Shown in pieces: positions 28,678-33,752 of a stretch of DNA of 33,752 nt. This stretch comes from Gemmatimonadota bacterium. GTDB lineage: Bacteria > Gemmatimonadota > Gemmatimonadetes > JACCXV01 > JAHWKZ01. The DNA lies in the NCBI GenBank assembly GCA_039589035.1, contig JBDHIC010000021.1, forward strand, positions 1-33,752. The letters run 5' to 3'. The notes below the pieces were generated by a model, which was not told where the DNA came from, searched no databases, and worked only from the letters and a program-made list of their open reading frames with translations. The position numbers were made by a program, and so were the translations under genes. Numbering within the stretch: position 1 is the stretch's first letter; the number at the start of each line of letters is the position of its first letter.

Positions 28678-29406
28678 GTGGTTTTTGACGAGAGCCGAGA
28701 ACAGAAGATTCGAGCGCTCCTGTCGCAGCTCTCGGGTGTTGAGGGGGTTCAGATACAGGAGGACGCTCAAGGGCGGATTCAAACGCTCGCGATTCAGGTT
28801 TCCAACGATATCGACGCCCGCCGTCTGACCCGGGATGTGGAGTCGGCTCTCCTGTCGGGTCTGGGACTCACCATCGATCACCGGGCGATTGCGATAAGGG
28901 CTAATGGATTCAATTCTGTGCAAAAAGGGTTACAAGAATCGCCGGGACAACCGTCGGTACAGTCATTGCGAGGAGAATCATGGCAGGAGCCCTTGCAGCC
29001 GGCGGCGCCGGGCGATCGGAGGATTCGCTTCCTAAGTGCGCGGTGTGTGCCCGACGGCGAGTTGTACGTCGAGATCACGGTAGAATTGCAGATCAGAGGC
29101 GAAACTTATGCCGGGCAGATTCGAGACGCGGACACCCCACGTGGGCGACTGTTGGCTGCCGCGCGTGCGACCTTGCGGGCGCTGGCTCCCACACTTGAGG
29201 GAGAGGCGGCTTTTGTTCTCGAAGGGCTTGAGGAGTTCACGGTGCAAGATACGGCTGGGATTCTGGCAATCCTGGGTGCTCGATCCGGGCATCACCGGTC
29301 GTACTTCCACGGCTCCGCCATAATCCGGCAAGACCCCGTGGAAGCGGCAGTTCGCGCGGTGTTGGACGCGCTCAATCGTCTTTGGGCCGGCCGGACTGCA
29401 AGCTAG
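28678..29406 (+). CDS. Hypothetical protein, 242 aa, two-part architecture, no family recognised
   Basis: GTG start 10 nt after GGAGG. Coding-like composition. An N-terminal ~75-aa module, a Pro/Gln-rich linker, and a C-terminal half with two similar strand-rich units each ending in an Ala-rich helix. Confidence 0.6.
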   Translation: MVFDESREQKIRALLSQLSGVEGVQIQEDAQGRIQTLAIQVSNDIDARRLTRDVESALLSGLGLTIDHRAIAIRANGFNSVQKGLQESPGQPSVQSLRGESWQEPLQPAAPGDRRIRFLSARCVPDGELYVEITVELQIRGETYAGQIRDADTPRGRLLAAARATLRALAPTLEGEAAFVLEGLEEFTVQDTAGILAILGARSGHHRSYFHGSAIIRQDPVEAAVRAVLDALNRLWAGRTAS

Positions 29407-29433
29407 GTTGGATTTAGGAGAAAGGACGCGAAT

Positions 29434-29656
29434 AAGGGGCCGAAAGCTTGACCAGCAAGTAACTGCTTAAGAGCGGCAAAACTAGCGAAGCGCACCGTCC
29501 GGTGAGCGGAAACCGGACCTAGTCCTTGAAAGGAGGTGCTGCCTTTGCTCGCTCCAGGAGCCTATGAGCCACTCTTTGCTAAAGTGATGGCTTTGCTTCA
29601 GTTGCTGGTGCGGTTTGGATCTACGACGACTCTGAGCTAGCACTTTTCGGCCCCTT
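29434..29656. ncRNA. Candidate structured RNA element (class and strand unassigned); possibly a 6S-like rod or a long 5' leader of the HD-GYP gene
   Basis: 12-bp perfect terminal helix (29434-29445 with 29645-29656). 8-bp helix (29451-29458 with 29602-29609). 7-bp hairpin (29497-29503 with 29512-29518). CTTTGCT occurs three times. No credible ORF. Confidence 0.3.
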
Positions 29657-29666
29657 TGATTACAGA

Positions 29667-31052
29667 ATGGAAACAAGTCGCCAAGGCAACAGAACATCTC
29701 TCGTGATGCTCACCACTGGGTTGATTTTTGTACTAACGGTCGGCTTGGGGGTTGCCTACTCCTTGTCGCCCCAAGCTGCCACGACGAGCAGATTCTTCGT
29801 GGGTCTTCTTGCTTTTCTTCTGTTGTCTGTTGCGGCAGAGAAGTACCGTCTACCTGTGAAACTCGGAACGGCACAATTGGGATGGTCGGGAACCACATTC
29901 TGGGCTCTGATTGTGCTTTTTCCAACTTTCTGGGCAACCGTGTGCGCAGTCACCGCGATTCTTATCTCCGAAATCATTGTTCACGGTAAAGGTATGGCCA
30001 GGTCACTATTCAATGCTGCTCAAGTTGGTTTGAGCACACTATCCGGAAGTCTTGTGTTTCTTGCCTTGGCAGGGACACTCGGACTCGGCTCCAGTGGTGG
30101 ATTTTTCTTTGCTTTTGCGACTGCAGTCCTGGTCTACTGGCTGGTGAATACGTGGCTGGTCAGCTTCGGCTCAATGGTTCTCTACGGAGAGTCCCCGAGT
30201 AGGTTTTGGCAACGGAACTACCAATGGGCATTCTTATACGAGTTCACTTCTGCGCCGCTAGCTCTGGCGGTCGTATACGCGTATGAGGGACTATGGGTAA
30301 CGGGACTGATCCTGTTAACGCTTCCGATCGTAATGGTTCGACAAGCCTACAGTCAATACCTAGACCTCAAACGGACTTATAACGAGACCGTGCGCACGAT
30401 GGTGAAGATTATCGAGATGCATGACCCATACACAGCGGGTCACTCGGATCGGGTTGCCAATTATGCGCGGAAACTCTGTGTGGCATTGAATGTCTCACCG
30501 GCCAAGACGGAGCGAATCGAACTGGCGGCCTATTTGCATGATCTTGGCAAGATCAACCTCGACTTAACCGGTATAGTGCGAAAGGCTGGAAAGCTGACCG
30601 AGGAGGAGCGACGGCTGATCCGAATGCACCCAGTGATGAGCGCCGACTTGGCCAACCAGGTCAGTTACTTCAAGGGTGAGATCGAGGAGATGATCCGCCA
30701 CCATCATGAGAACTGGGACGGATCAGGCTACCCTCATGGTCTGAGAGGGGAAGAGATCCCCTTTGGCGCCAGGATCATCTTGCTGGCCGACGCGTTTGAT
30801 GCGATGACAACCAGTCGTGTGTACCGGGAGGCGCTTGACATTGAGTTTGTTAAGGAGGAGTTCCGCAAATTCGCGGGCATCCAGTTCGATCCAGAGCTCG
30901 TTCCGGCGTTCCTGGAGAAGGTGGTAAAGGACGGAAGCGAGATCATAAGCAAGCCGATTGACGAGCCCATGGAGGGACAGCGCGCTCGCGCCCCAGAAGT
31001 TGTGGCGCACCAGCCTGAGATTCGATCCATCCCACGCAGTTCAGGGTTGTAG
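29667..31052 (+). CDS. Membrane-anchored HD-GYP domain protein (probable cyclic-di-GMP phosphodiesterase)
   Basis: 461 aa with a ~230-aa multi-pass hydrophobic N-terminus, then HDPYTAGHSDRV...YLHDLGK...HHENWDGSGYPHGL. No clear SD at ATG 29667; ATG 29706 is an alternative. Confidence 0.85.
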   Translation: METSRQGNRTSLVMLTTGLIFVLTVGLGVAYSLSPQAATTSRFFVGLLAFLLLSVAAEKYRLPVKLGTAQLGWSGTTFWALIVLFPTFWATVCAVTAILISEIIVHGKGMARSLFNAAQVGLSTLSGSLVFLALAGTLGLGSSGGFFFAFATAVLVYWLVNTWLVSFGSMVLYGESPSRFWQRNYQWAFLYEFTSAPLALAVVYAYEGLWVTGLILLTLPIVMVRQAYSQYLDLKRTYNETVRTMVKIIEMHDPYTAGHSDRVANYARKLCVALNVSPAKTERIELAAYLHDLGKINLDLTGIVRKAGKLTEEERRLIRMHPVMSADLANQVSYFKGEIEEMIRHHHENWDGSGYPHGLRGEEIPFGARIILLADAFDAMTTSRVYREALDIEFVKEEFRKFAGIQFDPELVPAFLEKVVKDGSEIISKPIDEPMEGQRARAPEVVAHQPEIRSIPRSSGL

Positions 31053-31288
31053 TCCATCTTTCCGGCCGCCCTTCGGGCCCAGCCTGGCACAAAACACTGA
31101 ACGCGTCTAGCCTGTACGGCGTCAATCTCAAGTACTGAGACTGGCCGGAATTTGGTGGACGAGTATTCCAGCCCGCTTGTTGCTCGCCCTGCCAGTCCTT
31201 AATGATCACACTCGCAAGAAACAACACAATTGGGTCCGTTGTCTGGATCGCGTGCCGACCCATACGACGGGCGAAAGGAGTTCCTTCA

Positions 31289-32737
31289 ATGAGGAAGAGG
31301 TCCATGTTTGCCCTCTTGCTGGTCGCTCTGGCCCTGCCAAGCCTGGCTCACGCGCAGGCTTACGGCGCCAAGGACCACGCCGGCGACCAAGAAGGGAAGG
31401 TGGCGATTACCACCGATTCCGATCAAGCGCGCACACTTTTCCTTAAAGCGCGTAGCCTAGCCGAAAAGCTACACGCGGCGGATGCCCGGCCCGTCTACCG
31501 GGAGGCGATCGCTGCGGATCCCAACTTTGCGCTGGCTTACTTCGGATTGGCCAATGCCGCCGGATCTAACGACGAGTTTTTTGAGAACTTGGAGAAGGCC
31601 GTTTCACTCGTAGACCGAGCGTCAGAAGGGGAACGCCTGATGATCACCGGCCTTGACGCTGGTGTAAAGGGTGACCCCGAAAAACAGCTAGAACTCTACA
31701 AGGATCTGGTCGGCGGCTTCCCCGACGATGAGCGAGCCCATCAGTTGCTGGCGGGCTTGTACTTCGGTCGGCAGGACTACGAAACGGCGATCAAGCATTA
31801 TTCGCACGCGACCAAGATCAATCCCGAGTTTTCACCGGCCTACAACCTGCTGGGCTATGCGAACCGCTCACTCGGCAACTACGAAGCAGCCGAGGCGGCT
31901 TTCCAAAAATACATCGAGGTGCTGCCTGGCGAGCCCAATCCGCACGACTCATACGCGGAACTCCTAATGAAGATGGGACGCTTTGAAGAATCAATAGCGC
32001 AGTACAAAAAGGCACTCGAGGCGGACCCGAGCTTTCAGTTCTCGTACGCTGGCATAGCGAACAATCAAATGTTTATGGGCGACACTGATGCTGCGCGCGA
32101 GACACTCCACGAGATGTATGAGGTGGCGGAAACGGATGGCATCCGCCGCCAGGCGCTGATGTGGATGGCGGCATCTCACATGTACGATGGTGACCGTGGT
32201 ACTGCGATGGAGGCTATGCACAAGCGTTTTGAAATCGCCGAAGCGAACGATGATCACTTGGCCATGTCCAACGACTACAACTTGATGGGACGCATGTTGC
32301 TGGACACAGGCGATGCAGATGAAGCAAGCGCGCTTTTCCAAAAGGCAGTTGATGAGGTGGCCTACGCTGACGTCCCGGAGGAGGTCAAGGAGGCTACCCG
32401 CCGGAATCACCACTACACAGCTGCTTTGATCGGGTTGGCGACCGGAGATCTGCAGTCTGCCAAGACGAACGCTGATGCCTATCATGAAGCTGTACAGGCG
32501 CACCAGGTGCCTTTCGAGATTCGCCAAGATCATGAACTCTTGGGTCGAATCGCGTTAGCAGAGGACGACAACGAGGGCGCACTCGAGCACTTTTCTCACG
32601 CCAACCAGCAGGACCCTCGGGTCTTGTATGCGATGGCTGAAGCATACCAGGGGAAGGGTGATCAGGCGGCCTCAGACGAAATGGCGGAGCAGGCCGCGAA
32701 CTTCAATCAGCTGAACTTCGCGTTATCGAGTCCTTGA
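31289..32737 (+). CDS. Secreted tetratricopeptide-repeat (TPR) protein
   Basis: MRKRSMFALLLVALALPSLAHAQ signal, AAAGGAG 8 nt upstream. Multiple TPR-like units (ALAYFGLANA, AYNLLGYANRSLGNYEAAEAAFQKYIEV, etc.). Confidence 0.8.
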   Translation: MRKRSMFALLLVALALPSLAHAQAYGAKDHAGDQEGKVAITTDSDQARTLFLKARSLAEKLHAADARPVYREAIAADPNFALAYFGLANAAGSNDEFFENLEKAVSLVDRASEGERLMITGLDAGVKGDPEKQLELYKDLVGGFPDDERAHQLLAGLYFGRQDYETAIKHYSHATKINPEFSPAYNLLGYANRSLGNYEAAEAAFQKYIEVLPGEPNPHDSYAELLMKMGRFEESIAQYKKALEADPSFQFSYAGIANNQMFMGDTDAARETLHEMYEVAETDGIRRQALMWMAASHMYDGDRGTAMEAMHKRFEIAEANDDHLAMSNDYNLMGRMLLDTGDADEASALFQKAVDEVAYADVPEEVKEATRRNHHYTAALIGLATGDLQSAKTNADAYHEAVQAHQVPFEIRQDHELLGRIALAEDDNEGALEHFSHANQQDPRVLYAMAEAYQGKGDQAASDEMAEQAANFNQLNFALSSP

Positions 32738-33068
32738 TCCAGATCACCAGCGTGGTCACCGAAGCCACGCCGATGGCAAAAGAGAACCAGAAGCGACGCC
32801 TGAGTTGCCTGACGGGCTCGAGCTGTTGTCGTAGCTCTGGATCGCTAGCGTCAAGCTCACGAATCAAAACTGCCAGTGTGGCACGTGGCCAAAGGTTCAA
32901 TTGAACCGGCCAACCACCGTGGCGGTCCCAGATGTCTGGGTGATTTGATTGGATCCATCGCACTGCGCGCCGTGCCCTTCGGTCCGCACGCGAGGATATC
33001 CAGGAAGTCCGTAGAACAGCAAGGATCGCCAGACACAAGAAGAAGACCGGAACAAAGCTGGTTTCCAT
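32703..33068 (-). CDS. Hypothetical membrane protein, 121 aa
   Basis: Hydrophobic N-terminus (FVPVFFLCLAILAVL) and C-proximal TM (FWFSFAIGVASVTTLVIWI). The 3' end overlaps the convergent TPR gene by 35 nt. Confidence 0.45.
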   Translation of the reverse strand: METSFVPVFFLCLAILAVLRTSWISSRADRRARRAVRWIQSNHPDIWDRHGGWPVQLNLWPRATLAVLIRELDASDPELRQQLEPVRQLRRRFWFSFAIGVASVTTLVIWIKDSITRSSAD

Positions 33069-33210
33069 ACGGGTGACTCCATCGTGATCGTCCCGCCAAG
33101 GCCGGGCCGCCGCCAGCCTCTAACATCGTAGATCGTAGCAAAATGCATGCCCTGGATGGTCGTGATTGGTGGCGACAGAGCAGCCGGAAGTCTTAGCTTT
33201 TGACGAAGTT

Positions 33211-33752
33211 ATGCGACCTACTGACGTTACCAACCCGGCCTACTACCACAAGGTCGTCGACTGCCAATGGGGGTGCCCGGCACACACCAACGTCCCCGAG
33301 TACATCCGCATGATTGGCCAGGGACGGTACTCAGACGCGTATATGCTGAATCGCGAGTCGAACGTCTTCCCGGGCCGGCCATGCGAGCCAGTCTGCCGGC
33401 GTACTCGAGTCGACGGCAAACCGGTGGCGATTTGTCGTTTGAAACGAGTGGCATCGGATCTAAAGGGCGAGGTCACGCATCGCCTGCCAGAGATCCCAAA
33501 ACGGAAGAACGGGTTCAAAATCGCATGCGTAGGGGCCGGCCCCGCTTCGTTGACGGTTGCGAACGATCTCCTACCACTTGGTTACGAAGTGGTCATCTTC
33601 GAACGCTTTGATCGTGCGGGTGGCCTAATGTGGACAAACATCCCTCAATTCCGGCTACCGGTCGAGGTGCTTGATGAAGAGATCGACATGATCCTCGACA
33701 TGGGGGTGGATATCCGGTACGACACGCCGATTACAAGCATGGATGCGCTCCT
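33211..33752 (+). CDS. GltD-like NAD(P)H-dependent Fe-S flavoprotein oxidoreductase (glutamate synthase small-subunit family), N-terminal fragment running off the window
   Basis: Not in the ORF track because it has no stop in the window. ATG 33211 gives MRPTDVTNPAYYHKVVDCQWGCPAHTNVPEYIRMI...KIACVGAGPASLTVANDLLPLGYEVVIFER (Fe-S domain plus GxGxxA dinucleotide fold). Confidence 0.8.
   Translation, partial: MRPTDVTNPAYYHKVVDCQWGCPAHTNVPEYIRMIGQGRYSDAYMLNRESNVFPGRPCEPVCRRTRVDGKPVAICRLKRVASDLKGEVTHRLPEIPKRKNGFKIACVGAGPASLTVANDLLPLGYEVVIFERFDRAGGLMWTNIPQFRLPVEVLDEEIDMILDMGVDIRYDTPITSMDAL

Noticed and set aside
29434-29656. Identifying the structured element as tmRNA, SRP RNA, RNase P RNA or a GEMM c-di-GMP riboswitch
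   Set aside because: The 5' GGGGCCGAAAG resembles a tmRNA start, but there is no T-arm or CCA-type 3' end and it is too short. AGGTCCGG resembles the SRP helix 8 context, but the GGAA-loop/AGCAGC partner is absent. There is no GGAAAGUCC P4 motif. Only a weak GGCAAAAC resemblance to GEMM-I.
29482-29697. 71-aa minus-strand ORF in the structured intergenic region
   Set aside because: The product is Arg/Ser/Gln-rich with no signature. It overlaps the start of the HD-GYP gene and the paired arms of the putative RNA.
4927-31288. Longer ORF-track starts for rplE (4927), rpsN (5486), rpoA (12652), pal (21004), cpoB (21630), tatC (22751), GFA (27957) and the TPR protein (31202)
   Set aside because: Each extension overlaps the preceding gene or adds non-homologous residues. 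Internal starts with an SD and canonical N-termini fit better.
1-33752. Search for CRISPR arrays, transposase/integrase genes, terminal inverted repeats, tRNA or rRNA genes, and defence-system signatures
   Set aside because: I saw no regularly spaced repeats, recombinase-like ORFs, tRNA cloverleaf candidates or nuclease/ATPase defence-type ORFs. The window is essentially core genome.

Overview
High-GC chromosomal segment from a diderm (Gram-negative-type) bacterium, mostly core housekeeping genes. Bases 1-14213 carry the distal S10 operon and the complete spc and alpha ribosomal-protein operons in canonical order (rplC through rplQ, including secY, adk, map, rpmJ, rpoA). infA is not present. 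Bases 14264-16700 hold a short mixed segment: a DsbA-like oxidoreductase, an orphan small ORF, a GHL10/DUF187-like hydrolase, a small membrane protein and rpmB. Bases 16807-28532 form an ~11.7 kb same-strand, tightly packed run: SDR epimerase, tolQ, tolR, a TonB/TolA-like gene, tolB, pal, cpoB(ybgF), nrdR, tatC, lptD, hutH, DUF1272 and GFA. The last ~5 kb is less conserved: a 242-aa orphan protein, a ~220-nt structured non-coding region, a multi-pass membrane HD-GYP protein, a secreted TPR protein, a small membrane protein and a partial GltD-like oxidoreductase. I found no rRNA, tRNA, CRISPR array, transposase/integrase or recognisable defence genes, and I see no convincing novel multi-gene system. 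The points most worth a second look are: (1) three frame-level lesions in normally essential or conserved genes. These are an exact 31-nt tandem duplication in tolB, an internal out-of-frame deletion in adk, and loss of the rplV stop so that it reads 254 nt into rpsC. Together they suggest assembly or consensus artefacts, or less likely real decay. (2) The structured intergenic element at 29434-29656, upstream of the HD-GYP gene. (3) The orphan 242-aa protein and the translationally coupled hutH-DUF1272-GFA trio. All functional calls come from reading the translated ORFs against remembered family signatures; no database search was run.
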